64,000 nucleotides of DNA. Origin: a virus. The position numbers and the translations under genes are program-made. The first letter of the stretch is position 1. Each line of letters begins with the position of its first letter. Shown piece after piece: positions 19,679-29,714 of the stretch. The stretch lies in the IMG/VR virus record IMGVR_UViG_3300044957_000729. The stretch is one strand, 5' to 3'. The notes under the pieces are model-generated. The model was not told the origin of the DNA. It saw only the letters and a program-made list of their open reading frames with translations, and ran no database searches.

Positions 19679-20731
19679 ATGTTGTTTGAAAATGCAAGCC
19701 AATTCCAAAAAGCAAAACAAACCCTGTTAGATAATAATAGAGACGTAAATAAAACTGCTTATATCCTTAAAAAATCCCCCCTCTTTGATGATTTATCGGA
19801 AGGAGAGATAATATCGCATCTAACCGAGTTAAACGAAGGATTAGGCGATAGTATAATGAACTTCTTAAGTAGTGCTTTCGGAGGAGACATTAGTAAATTA
19901 AAAACTGTGCTCACCCAGATGAAAGAACAGGAACTTAAGTTCAATAGAGAAGAGTATCAGGTATGGGATGAGTTTTATAGATTATTAGAAGATCAAAAGG
20001 CTTTAGATAAGGATAAAAATAATCCCAATTATCAAACACTTAGTAGAGAACTACAGCAATCAAGAAATGCTTTAAATTTAAGATTGAAGGAGTTAACAAA
20101 AACCCACAACGAGATATTTAATGCTCTAGAGGAAAAGGTTAGAGACTTAACAAAAGATAGTGCAAGAAAGAAAACATATTTTAATGCACAAAGGGCTAAC
20201 GATGTTTTGGAAACAAGAAATGATCGATACGAAAAAATAAAATCAATCACAGCAAGAAGTGCTTCGAGATCTCAAGAATTAGAAAATTTCTTTAATGTTA
20301 GCGTTTCTGATTTAGATAAAGAGAGAACCGAAGCAGAAAGAAAAGCAAAAGTACAGGAAGAAAAATTGAGAAGACAAAGAACGTCTACTGAAAATAATCC
20401 CCACGATAGTGATGATCCATCTTCTTTACCCTCTAAATTTAAGAAAAGAATAGAGGAAATTTTTTCTTTTCCTGGGGATATTCACTACACCAAGATAAGA
20501 AAACTAGGCGATTTACAACACGAAATAGTTGATATTATAACAGATGACAATAAGAACATCACTAAAGAAAATCCGCATGGTAATTTAGGAAAGGATGTAA
20601 GGGATGAACTGGTAAGAATGTCAAATGAACTGACATCCAGAATAAAAGATCTTGTAAAAACTAAGGAAGAAAAGATTACCGCAGAAGAAGCTAAAAATGC
20701 AGCTCATAAAATAACATCAAGAAAAAAATGA
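19679..20731 (+). CDS. Coiled-coil putative internal head protein
   Basis: LFE and LNEG motifs; helical and charged. Confidence 0.65.
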   Translation: MLFENASQFQKAKQTLLDNNRDVNKTAYILKKSPLFDDLSEGEIISHLTELNEGLGDSIMNFLSSAFGGDISKLKTVLTQMKEQELKFNREEYQVWDEFYRLLEDQKALDKDKNNPNYQTLSRELQQSRNALNLRLKELTKTHNEIFNALEEKVRDLTKDSARKKTYFNAQRANDVLETRNDRYEKIKSITARSASRSQELENFFNVSVSDLDKERTEAERKAKVQEEKLRRQRTSTENNPHDSDDPSSLPSKFKKRIEEIFSFPGDIHYTKIRKLGDLQHEIVDIITDDNKNITKENPHGNLGKDVRDELVRMSNELTSRIKDLVKTKEEKITAEEAKNAAHKITSRKK

Positions 20732-21615
20732 TATCTAGAAACATAAAAAAAATAGAGGAATTTAATCGTATTGATGAAGGGATTCTTTCTTCTTTATTAG
20801 GAGGGGTTAAAAACTTTTTTACCTCTAAAAAAGGAAAGGTTGAAAATATTCTTAAAAAAATAAGAGATGCAAGACACGAGGAGGTTAGTAACACAATTTC
20901 TATAGAAAAAGAAATACAGGGATTACCTAAAGATAACACTCCTGAGTATAGATTTGCATTAACCAACTTAACAAGACAATCCAGAACATATGCTGCTTTA
21001 AAGGGGCAAGAAATAAACTCTTTAGCCAAAGAAGCCAGAAACATCATGGAGGGGGATCCTAAATTAGAGGCATTTTTTGCGGCAGAGATGGCCAAAATAG
21101 AAGTTGAGACTAAAGAAAAACTTCTTAAAAATTTAGGAGGAATATCAGACTCCGGATTGATAAATCAAATAAATGCAGAATTTGATTCTCTAGTTAAAGA
21201 CGCTAATAGAAAAGCTTCTTTTTATGATGATTACAAGGACAGGGAAAATTATATGCCTTCCATTGAAATACCAGCAAAGATGTCTGTTGATGTATTATCA
21301 TTTCTTAATATGCCCTCAAAAGAAGCATCATCTTTTATTAGATCTTTGGATGAAACTAATTTGAACAAGTATTATTCACAAATTAGGGATTTCTTTTTCG
21401 ATCTTGAGGACAAATATTCAACATCGATAGAAAGAATAAGAAGAGACAAGAAAAATGCTGAAAAACAAGGTCATGATTGGATTATTCCTTCACTAGAAAA
21501 AGAGGAGATGAATGTTAAATATCATTTAAGAAAAAATATAGACAAGCTTCGATCGAGAGTAAACACTCTTGAAAGAGAAATGAAAAATAGAAGATATGCA
21601 ACACAGACTGCTTAA
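20728..21615 (+). CDS. Putative internal head protein
   Basis: N-terminus IKKIEEFNRIDEG. Confidence 0.65.
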   Translation: MISRNIKKIEEFNRIDEGILSSLLGGVKNFFTSKKGKVENILKKIRDARHEEVSNTISIEKEIQGLPKDNTPEYRFALTNLTRQSRTYAALKGQEINSLAKEARNIMEGDPKLEAFFAAEMAKIEVETKEKLLKNLGGISDSGLINQINAEFDSLVKDANRKASFYDDYKDRENYMPSIEIPAKMSVDVLSFLNMPSKEASSFIRSLDETNLNKYYSQIRDFFFDLEDKYSTSIERIRRDKKNAEKQGHDWIIPSLEKEEMNVKYHLRKNIDKLRSRVNTLEREMKNRRYATQTA

Positions 21616-21886
21616 ACTTAAAGAATTTGTTTTTGAACAAGAAAGCACCCAACAAAAAACAAAAGAGATACAGGTTAAAACTGATGCTAAAAAACAAATA
21701 ATGGATATAGATAAAAAAATATCCGATATTGATCTTGCTATTGCTAATCTACAAAAAAGGGAAAAAGACGGAACTTTATCAAAGAGCGAATCACTAAACC
21801 AGCAAGCACTAGAAATGCAAAAAAAAGTAGCTGAATTTCAAAAAAAAGCAGTTGCTTATAAAAAGATAGAATCCATCCAAAAATAA
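21596..21886 (+). CDS. Small coiled-coil protein
   Basis: N-terminus RLLKLKEFVFE. Confidence 0.65.
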   Translation: MQHRLLKLKEFVFEQESTQQKTKEIQVKTDAKKQIMDIDKKISDIDLAIANLQKREKDGTLSKSESLNQQALEMQKKVAEFQKKAVAYKKIESIQK

Positions 21887-21894
21887 GATATATA
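21887..21894 (+). promoter_or_regulatory. GATATATA putative late promoter
   Basis: Immediately after a stop codon, upstream of ATG 21910. Confidence 0.65.
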
Positions 21895-21909
21895 ATAAAA
21901 AATCTAAAA

Positions 21910-22452
21910 ATGAATAATAGAAGATTGGAATATAACCCTCTTTTTGAATCGATTACAGATTCAGCTAGAAGGTACGAGACAATATCAGAGCAAGCTACTG
22001 CAGACAAAATGAAATATGCTATAGAATATGCTAGAAGAATAATAGAAACATGCTATACACAATATGTGTATTTTGTCAACTCTATTCCAGACTCAGTTAC
22101 TAAAAAAACTGTACTAATGGAGCTAGAAGCATTTCTAAAAAAAGAAAATGAGCAACCGAGCATTGATTTTAAAAATTTCTTTGATTCAATGATAGCTAAG
22201 ATGGAGGAGCTTGCAGGAAAAGTATCTGGTAATCAAGCTATTAGAAATCTGGAAAATTTTGAAAAATTACAACAGATTTACAATAAAATAGAACAAGGTA
22301 AAGACGAACTAAAGAACGTTACCGTTCCTGAATACACTAAACAGTATGCAACAGAATACACTTCGGATGATGTTAAGAATGCAGTTAAATCCTTTGTTAA
22401 ATTTAGTTCGGAATCTTTATCCCAGATACTAGCTACATCTATGATGAAATGA
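21910..22452 (+). CDS. Hypothetical helical protein
   Basis: YNPLFES resembles FNPIFES at the start of 13063..15669. Confidence 0.65.
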   Translation: MNNRRLEYNPLFESITDSARRYETISEQATADKMKYAIEYARRIIETCYTQYVYFVNSIPDSVTKKTVLMELEAFLKKENEQPSIDFKNFFDSMIAKMEELAGKVSGNQAIRNLENFEKLQQIYNKIEQGKDELKNVTVPEYTKQYATEYTSDDVKNAVKSFVKFSSESLSQILATSMMK

Positions 22453-22467
22453 TAAAAAAATAAAAAA

Positions 22468-24417
22468 ATGAGAAACTTCAGTAATAAATTCCTAGGCCTT
22501 TTAGAAAGCATGAAATCTTCCAATATGATTATGGAAGATGCTGCTAATGCAACAGGAGAAAAAACAGGACTTAGAGGAGATAGAACCTCTACTGGTAAAT
22601 CGCAGAAAAGATCCGACCGAAGAGAAGCAAGACTCGAAGATAAATTCCTAGAGGGTGACAAATTTGTAATAAGATCATTCATAAAAGCAATAGAGCTATT
22701 ACAGGGTCAGATATTAGCAACAAGAATAGATGTTTCTAACACCATAAAAAATAAATTTGCAGGGGCTAAGTATGGCGACGCATCCCTTAGAGCAGCAGAC
22801 ACTCTTCTTTCTTTAGTTCTAAACATAAAAAGAAGTGCAGAAAAAATGGCTCAGACAGAGGGTTCTAGATTGGAGTTAGCTGCAAATGCTGCAGATATAA
22901 AATTTTATCGGGACGAATACACAAAATACGAGAATGAATACGAGGAATTAAAAACTCAATGGGCAGATGCACAGAGAAAAGAACAGCAGGAACAGCCTAT
23001 TCTTGCAGCAAATCAGAAGATAGAAAGATCATTAAACGTAGCTAAAGAATTCTTTAAACAAGCTCAGGATGAATTTACTGCTAGTTTTTCACAATTTTTA
23101 CCTAAAAAGACCGATGATAAACAGGGTCAGCAGGGACAACAATCAGAAGGTGGAGGAGATTTAGGAGCAACCATAAAAGAAAGAAATGATGCCTACACAG
23201 GAAAAGATGGTGAAATCGTAATGGAGGTTAAAAAATTGATCTACAATAAATTTAAAAAATATAAATCGGTTTCTAGTAGCTCTGATTGGAACATTGTTTA
23301 TAAGAAATGGCCAAAAGTTAGTGGTACATTAAGAGAAAACACAGCTAAGATTATTAAAGCAATAAAAGCAGGATTAGCGAAGGATTACAAAGATTTAGCG
23401 ACAGATAAAACCGGAGACATTACACCTAAATTTTTAGAGATATTAATAGGAATAAAGGAAGGATTATCTTACAATACGAATAAAATAGCTTCGTTCGAAT
23501 CTTTTATGAAAAACAGAATCAACGAGGATTTTGACGAAGAAGCAGCAGGGTCAGTACTTTCTTCTGGATCTTCCGGGTCTGGTAAAAAATCTTCATCATC
23601 GTCTTCATCTTCTTCCCAAAGTGGAAAAAAACAAGCCGTTGCGAATATACCTGCGTACCCTGCTACACCTTTTAAAACGGACGAGCAAGGTAATAAGTTT
23701 AGAGAATGGGTTAATAAAACCCACCCAGATTGGGCAAAAAATAATAACTTAGATGCTTCTGGTTCTAAGGATAATTCATATATTAGAAAAGCTTATGCTG
23801 AATATGGTAAAGATTATAAACCAGAGTAAGGTGAGGTAAAGGTATCCCCTAAGAAGCTTAATAATGCTTAGCTATCACAAATAGTATCCAGTATAAAAGC
23901 AAATGGAGGAGGTGCAGAAATAAAAATAACATCAGACCTTAATGAGCTATATGTAATGTTCTGGAGAGCAAAGGAATGGGGCGGTATATTCAATAATTTC
24001 AGAGTGAATTTATACACATCCCGAGGATCAAAATTCGTGGGAACTTATCTAGTAGGAGGGTAAATTAAATTTGACAACTGTAAAAAAGGAACGCTAAAAC
24101 AGTTGGTATCCGGAAATATAGGTAATATAGTATCTTCAGAGGCTGCTTCTACTGCTCAAGGTAAAAAGGCTTACGTAAAATCACAAGGAGAAGGATATGT
24201 TAATGTGAGATCTAGTGCAGAAGCTAATACTGGAGCAGTTAATAATTTAATCTATAAACACACGGATAAGAGCACGCCTATTGGATTAGTATTATCTAGT
24301 ACTGTAGCAAAAAGTACAAAAATAGGTGACAAAACCTGGTATAAATTACAATTTCCTACTAAAAAAGGTAGGTATGAGTATGGATGGGTAAGAGCTGACA
24401 CTGTAGATTTAAAATAA
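22468..24417 (+). pseudogene. Putative virion protein with C-terminal SH3b-like domain, interrupted by three in-frame stops
   Basis: ORFs 22468..23829 and 24103..24417 share a frame. Stops are TAA 23827, TAG 23869 and TAA 24061. C-terminus YVNVRS..WYKLQF..GWVRADTV. Confidence 0.7.
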
Positions 24418-24419
24418 TC

Positions 24420-24448
24420 GAAATTTTTAATTAATTTAGGGGTATAAT
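24420..24448 (+). promoter_or_regulatory. GAAA-N19-TATAAT promoter motif
   Basis: Upstream of the kinase gene. Confidence 0.7.
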
Positions 24449-24462
24449 CATAAACAGAGATT

Positions 24463-24999
24463 ATGCCCCTTATTATTGTAGAAGGACCCAGAAAATCTGG
24501 AAAATCTTATCTAATAGAAAATCAAAAAGAACTTCCCGTTTTTAAATTTGATTTTAATTCAAACTTTACTGCATGGGATTTTGGTAAACAATCGGAACAA
24601 ATACATTGGTTTGGATTAGGTAAAGAAGTCATGCTGCATGAATTAAATAACAGCGGATTTTTACCTAAAATGCTAGTAGATCGAGGAATACTTACTAATT
24701 CAGTATGGGGTGTTTTCCAAGGAAGAGTCACTATAAAACAAGCAGAAGCAGATCTAGTAAATTTTAGAAGGAGGGGCTTTTTCAATAACGTATCTATAGT
24801 ATTAGTTAGAGGGGAATGGCAAGAAAAAAGAACTAAGGATATTTGGGATCAGGACGATAAAAGAGGCGAGGAAGAAAGATCCCTTTTTGATCGGTTTTCT
24901 TTAGTTTTAAGAGGACTTGGTGTTAACGTGAAGATCTTTGATAATAAATTCGATTTAAAGTCCGTAGTACGCTTTAAACAAGAAATTAGAAATATTTAA
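24463..24999 (+). CDS. P-loop nucleotide (dNMP/thymidylate) kinase-like
   Basis: IIVEGPRKSGKS, VDRG. Confidence 0.75.
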   Translation: MPLIIVEGPRKSGKSYLIENQKELPVFKFDFNSNFTAWDFGKQSEQIHWFGLGKEVMLHELNNSGFLPKMLVDRGILTNSVWGVFQGRVTIKQAEADLVNFRRRGFFNNVSIVLVRGEWQEKRTKDIWDQDDKRGEEERSLFDRFSLVLRGLGVNVKIFDNKFDLKSVVRFKQEIRNI

Positions 25000-25002
25000 A
25001 AT

Positions 25003-26418
25003 ATGTGTGGAATATTAGTAGCAAAAAGACCTAGCGAGGAAAGAATTCTATCTATAGCGCACAGAGGAATCGAATATAATGCAATTTACAAAGACGAGCT
25101 ATGTCTTGTACATCACCGATTGCCTATTCAAACAATAGATGGAGATTCTTGGTCACAGCCTATACAAATAGGTGAAGATAGATGGCTTCTTTTTAACGGG
25201 GAGATTTTTAATTATGGAGATTATGAATCAGATACAGCATATCTCCAATCTCTTTTCTCTACGTTTCAGTTTGGTGGACTGGGAATTTTAAAATCTCTAT
25301 ATGACCCACATGTGATTTCTTGGGATGGATTTTGGGCTATAGTTTTAGTTGATACTAAAAAGAGAGAGCTTTACGCCTTTACTGATCCTTTAGGTAAAAA
25401 ATGTTTATATAGAAATGACAAAGGAGAAATCTGTTCAGAAATAAAAGGACTTTATGAACCCGATGAAAAAATGGAGTTAGACTATTCATTCTTTTCTGGT
25501 GTAACTAAATATGGATATATTCCTACCGAACAAACTCCCCTTTCTAATATTAAAAAATTAGAACCTAACAGATTCTATAAATGGAGCTTAGATTATCCAT
25601 CGATTGTGGAGGTTTCAGATCCATATTATAACTTTCATTTTTTTGAAGCTGGCTTACAAACATATGACGACCGATGCGAATGGCTCTTTGAAAAAATGGA
25701 AAAGTCCGTAGAAAACAGATTGTTATCTAAAAATTATCCAACGTCTCTCCTTTTATCAGGGGGATTAGATTCATCCATAATAGCAGGACTTTTACTTAAA
25801 CTTGGGTCAGATGTAAGTTTTTACTCTATATCTAACGGGAAGGACGAAGACTACGTTAAAGCATGTAAGTACTATTGGGGAGTGGAGTCAAAAAGATTAG
25901 ACTACAACATAGATCTTGAAAGTGAAGAAGGCAAAATGGGGCTTATAGAGATTTATAAAAAATGGAACGAATCACCAGTAGACATGGGAAGTGTAGTTCC
26001 TCAGTATCATTTATTTGACGCTATTAAGAAAAACTCAAACACTAGGATAGTTATTTCAGGAGATGGAGCAGATGAATTATTTGGAGGATATCGAAGAATC
26101 AACGAGTATGACTCACAGCAGTCTGACATTTTTCATGAGTTGACATACTATCATTTACCAAGATTGGATAAATTATCTATGGCACACACATTAGAATTAA
26201 GAAGTCCTTTCTTAAATCATGACATAGTTAGATTTGCAATAAATCTTCCCTTTGAAGAAAGAAAGCATAAAAAAATTCTAAAAGACACATTCAAAGGATT
26301 AGTCCCGGACTCGGTTATAGAAAGAAGCAAACTTCCATTGAAAAATAATAAAATTGTAGGGGATCAGATAGCTTATAGAAAAGAAATCATTAATCTTTTT
26401 CTAGGAGTTTCCGTTTGA
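25003..26418 (+). CDS. asnB: Asparagine synthetase B-like glutamine amidotransferase
   Basis: MCGI, FNGEIFNY, LLSGGLDSS, SGDGADELFGGY, ELRSPFL. Confidence 0.9.
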   Translation: MCGILVAKRPSEERILSIAHRGIEYNAIYKDELCLVHHRLPIQTIDGDSWSQPIQIGEDRWLLFNGEIFNYGDYESDTAYLQSLFSTFQFGGLGILKSLYDPHVISWDGFWAIVLVDTKKRELYAFTDPLGKKCLYRNDKGEICSEIKGLYEPDEKMELDYSFFSGVTKYGYIPTEQTPLSNIKKLEPNRFYKWSLDYPSIVEVSDPYYNFHFFEAGLQTYDDRCEWLFEKMEKSVENRLLSKNYPTSLLLSGGLDSSIIAGLLLKLGSDVSFYSISNGKDEDYVKACKYYWGVESKRLDYNIDLESEEGKMGLIEIYKKWNESPVDMGSVVPQYHLFDAIKKNSNTRIVISGDGADELFGGYRRINEYDSQQSDIFHELTYYHLPRLDKLSMAHTLELRSPFLNHDIVRFAINLPFEERKHKKILKDTFKGLVPDSVIERSKLPLKNNKIVGDQIAYRKEIINLFLGVSV

Positions 26419-27894
26419 TTTAACTATATTAACACCTGCGATAGGATCGCCTTTAGCATCTTTAGGTGAATATCCCTCCGGTCTATCAGTAAATACAAAG
26501 TCTTCAGAAGGATCTACCACTAAGCCAGCAGCACTAAGAAAATCCCTATTTAATAAAAGAGGCGTACTTTTCTCTGTTCTATCAACTAAAGAGAATTTAA
26601 CTTTTTTGTAAACAAGCCCATTGAAATCTACGTCAAGATTAACAACTGCTCTTCTGTGTATTTTTTCTCCGACTTCTGCTTTAGATTGGCCTACTATTTT
26701 ATTAATAAATTCCTGATTTCCTAGTTTCCAATGAACACTCCCGTCGACTTCTTCTATGCTGTCAGCGTGTAAGCTACAAGAAGTAGCTCCGTTTCCTGTA
26801 TCAAGTTTACCTACGAAAGTTCCTATACCAGAAATAGTAACCATTTCTCTAAATCCAGTAATTTTTTTAGGCTTAACCCAGTTTTTCTTGTCTAGTAAGA
26901 AATCTACAACCATGTCAGTTACTGGTATATCTGCTGTTTTTTCTATTCCAGTTGTTCCAGGAGAAGCATTAACCTCTAAAACATAAGGTTTTTCTTCACC
27001 GTCCCCCTCCCTTGTTTTTTCTACTATTATATCAACTCCACACCATAAACATCCGGTAGCTTTTGCAGATTCAATGGCTATTTTTTCAATATTCTCACTC
27101 AGCTTTACTTTTTCTGTGTCACCACCAAGTGAGAAGTTAGTTCTAAAATCTCCCTTTATTTTTATTCTTTTCATAGCTGCTATGACCTTGTATTCTCTAC
27201 CAGCCATACCATCACTTTCTGCAACAACGTGTATTCTTAAATCGTAATCTGCATCTATTTTTTCTTGTAGTACTATTTCAGTTCCGGGAGCTAAATACCA
27301 AAGTGCCTGTAGAGTAGAAATTAACGAAGGTCTAGAATCTATCATAAAAACACCAATTCCTTTAGTTCCTGATAAGAATTTACAAACAACCGGGTATTTT
27401 CCACCAACCTCATCTACTGCCTTGTCTATATCTGCCTCGCATGATATTAGTGATGTTCTAGGAACCGGTATTTTAGCTAACTGAAGTTTTCTTGTTGTTT
27501 GTAATTTGTCTTCACACATGATAACAGAATCATATGAGTTAACACATGGAAACCCCAAATCCTCCATCTTTTTGAAGAATCCCTTAGCTGCGTTATTTTT
27601 AATAGATGATCTTCTAGTTAAAACTATCGTTCTATCTAAATATATTTCTTGTTGTTTTCCTCCCCTACTGGAGATTAGAAAAGTACCCTTATTTGTTTTT
27701 TGTATAGCACTTTTTTCTGTGTCTAATATTATACATCTAACACCCCTTTCTTCACAGATTTTCATTATTTTATCTGTGCTTGGGGCATTCTTTAAACTTT
27801 TACCAAGTTTTGTAGTTAAGATAACTACAGTTAGAGTCCTTTCTTTTCCTTTTACTCCCTTAAAAACAAACTTTTCTAATAATGAAGAATCCAT
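26401..27894 (-). CDS. rimK: RimK ATP-grasp ligase fused to RimB/RimK-associated retropepsin-like protease
   Basis: DKLQT, YPVVCK, GTKGIGV, DFRTNFSLGG, GVDI, LEVNASPG; then GFRE..KLDTGN..SLHA..LLLNRDFL. Start moved to the ATG after the AATATATA motif. Confidence 0.88.
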   Translation of the reverse strand: MDSSLLEKFVFKGVKGKERTLTVVILTTKLGKSLKNAPSTDKIMKICEERGVRCIILDTEKSAIQKTNKGTFLISSRGGKQQEIYLDRTIVLTRRSSIKNNAAKGFFKKMEDLGFPCVNSYDSVIMCEDKLQTTRKLQLAKIPVPRTSLISCEADIDKAVDEVGGKYPVVCKFLSGTKGIGVFMIDSRPSLISTLQALWYLAPGTEIVLQEKIDADYDLRIHVVAESDGMAGREYKVIAAMKRIKIKGDFRTNFSLGGDTEKVKLSENIEKIAIESAKATGCLWCGVDIIVEKTREGDGEEKPYVLEVNASPGTTGIEKTADIPVTDMVVDFLLDKKNWVKPKKITGFREMVTISGIGTFVGKLDTGNGATSCSLHADSIEEVDGSVHWKLGNQEFINKIVGQSKAEVGEKIHRRAVVNLDVDFNGLVYKKVKFSLVDRTEKSTPLLLNRDFLSAAGLVVDPSEDFVFTDRPEGYSPKDAKGDPIAGVNIVKSNGNS

Positions 27895-27917
27895 AATGTA
27901 TATATTCTTAAACAAAG

Positions 27918-27945
27918 AAAAAGCCCAGATTTTAATCTAGGCTTT
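27918..27945 (-). terminator. Intrinsic terminator after the acidic protein gene
   Basis: Minus strand AAAGCCTAGATT-AA-AATCTGGGCTTT followed by TTCTTTG. Confidence 0.7.
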
Positions 27946-27971
27946 AATTTATTATAGTCTTTTATTTAATC

Positions 27972-28649
27972 TTATTTTCCAAAGAAATTATCAAACCTTA
28001 TAACTTCAGTTTCAACATTTTCTTCGCCTAGATCTGATTCGTCCTCTTCCTCAACTTCTTCCTCCTCATCATCCTCGTCCTCTTCATCCTCGTTGTCGTC
28101 CTCTTCATCCTCGTCGTCCTCTTCTTCCTCGTCTTCATCTTCTTCTTCAGAGTCTTCGTCCTCATCTTCGTCCTCATCTTCGTCCTCATCTTCGTCCTCT
28201 TCTTCCTCGTCCTCGTCCTCTTCTTCAAAGTCCTCTTCTTCAGAGTCTTCGTCCTCATCTTCTTCTTCAGAGTCTTCGTCCTTATCTTCGTCCTCTTCTT
28301 CCTCGTCTTCATCTTCTTCTTCAGAGTCTTCGTCCTCATCTTCTTCTTCAGATTCTTCGTCCTCATCTTCGTCCTCATCTTCGTCCTCTTCTTCCTCGTT
28401 CTCTTCTTCAGAGTCTTCGTCCTCATCTTCTTCTTCGGAGTCTTCGTCCTCGTCCTCGTCCTCTTCTTCAGAGTCTTCGTCCTTGTCCTCTTCTTCGGAG
28501 TCTTCGTCCTCGTCCTCTTCTTCGAAGTCCATTTCCTCGTCTTCTTCCTCCTCTTCTATCTCCATATCGTTCCAGAAGTCGTTGTCTTCAGGTAGTTCTT
28601 GAGGCTTTTTATAGCTAAATTCCTCAAAAGTTAATATCTTCCTATCCAT
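27972..28649 (-). CDS. Extremely acidic poly-Glu/Asp protein
   Basis: Unique termini MDRKILTFEEF and EVIRFDNFFGK flank (DEDSEEEDE)-like repeats; A-rich leader; downstream terminator. Confidence 0.8.
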   Translation of the reverse strand: MDRKILTFEEFSYKKPQELPEDNDFWNDMEIEEEEEDEEMDFEEEDEDEDSEEEDKDEDSEEEDEDEDEDSEEEDEDEDSEEENEEEEDEDEDEDEDEESEEEDEDEDSEEEDEDEEEEDEDKDEDSEEEDEDEDSEEEDFEEEDEDEEEEDEDEDEDEDEDEDEDSEEEDEDEEEEDDEDEEDDNEDEEDEDDEEEEVEEEDESDLGEENVETEVIRFDNFFGK

Positions 28650-28662
28650 TTTTTTTATTTTT

Positions 28663-28914
28663 TTATTCAGTTACTCCTATAGAAGCTCCGCTTCCTGTTT
28701 CAGTTGCTCCATATCCAGGATAGTCTATTTTAGATGTCTTATTAAAAACAGCATCTTTATATCCTACATAGTCATATGCAGACTCCGGGGTGATCTTATG
28801 AAATCCAGTTCTATCTTCTTTACTAAGGTTATCGGGATTCCATGGATCATTTGCGACCTTCATAAAGTCCTTATAGCTTAATATTTCTCTTTTTTTTACG
28901 TTTCTTTGGTTCAT
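28663..28914 (-). CDS. Hypothetical protein (83 aa)
   Basis: Tightly packed; REILSYKDF. Confidence 0.7.
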   Translation of the reverse strand: MNQRNVKKREILSYKDFMKVANDPWNPDNLSKEDRTGFHKITPESAYDYVGYKDAVFNKTSKIDYPGYGATETGSGASIGVTE

Positions 28915-28916
28915 AC

Positions 28917-29654
28917 TTACTTATTGAATTGTAGAACACTGGATAAACCAGATTTCATTGCTTTTGTATATATATCAGGATTTCTTTCACCCGCTGCCTG
29001 TATTTCATTTTGAATTTTTTGCTTGTCTGCAGTTGTCACGCTAGAAGTTGATAATACATCGCCTAATTTAAATCCACATATCTTATCAGAAATCATTTTT
29101 TCAATGTTATTCATAAATTTAGTGTTGTTAATAGCATTAGTTAAAGCTTCTCTTAATCCTGCTGCTATAGTACCACCAAATCCAGTATTAGTATCTAATT
29201 GCATACCTAATCGTGGTAATAAATATTCTATTCCTCTTTCTTGTAATGTTTCAGATAAACCTTCTACTATAGCTACCGCCCAGTTCTTACATGAACCTGA
29301 CCCAAAATATTTACCAAGCTCTGTCCAATGCACCTGCTCGATTACGTTTCTGATTACTTGATAAAAGAATGTGGGTTGTCCGTTCTCATCCATTCCGTTA
29401 ATACCAAATTTTTGAGCCGCCCAGTCTATAATATAATCTTTGAAAGTATCTGTAAAACCTCCCCCTAAAGATCTAAAAAATGAGGTAAATATATTTTCAT
29501 TTATTTCACTCTCGGTAAGTCCTTCTGATTGCATTCTAAGATATTCGTTTTCTAGCATTGCCATTTCTTCCCTATAATGACTGATGTCTAAATTACGTCC
29601 CTCAGATTCGTTCCTGGACTCTAATATAAATTTTGAATAACTACGAATAACCAT
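28917..29654 (-). CDS. Putative internal head protein
   Basis: MVIRSYSKFILES; GATATATA upstream. Confidence 0.7.
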   Translation of the reverse strand: MVIRSYSKFILESRNESEGRNLDISHYREEMAMLENEYLRMQSEGLTESEINENIFTSFFRSLGGGFTDTFKDYIIDWAAQKFGINGMDENGQPTFFYQVIRNVIEQVHWTELGKYFGSGSCKNWAVAIVEGLSETLQERGIEYLLPRLGMQLDTNTGFGGTIAAGLREALTNAINNTKFMNNIEKMISDKICGFKLGDVLSTSSVTTADKQKIQNEIQAAGERNPDIYTKAMKSGLSSVLQFNK

Positions 29655-29672
29655 TGGGTTTTACTTTTATAG

Positions 29673-29707
29673 TATATATCATTTTATCTTAAAGAATCCG
29701 ATATATA
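29673..29707. promoter_or_regulatory. Back-to-back GATATATA motifs (minus 29673-29680, plus 29700-29707)
   Basis: One copy faces each gene of a divergent pair. Confidence 0.75.
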
Positions 29708-29714
29708 TGATGAA

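Noticed and set aside
23827-24063. Diversity-generating retroelement variable region
   Set aside because: No template repeat or reverse transcriptase in the window; cannot be supported here.
28028-28602. Poly-Ser (+) and Lys/Arg/Thr-rich (-) ORFs
   Set aside because: Antisense and alternative-frame shadows of the acidic protein, which has the leader, unique termini and terminator.
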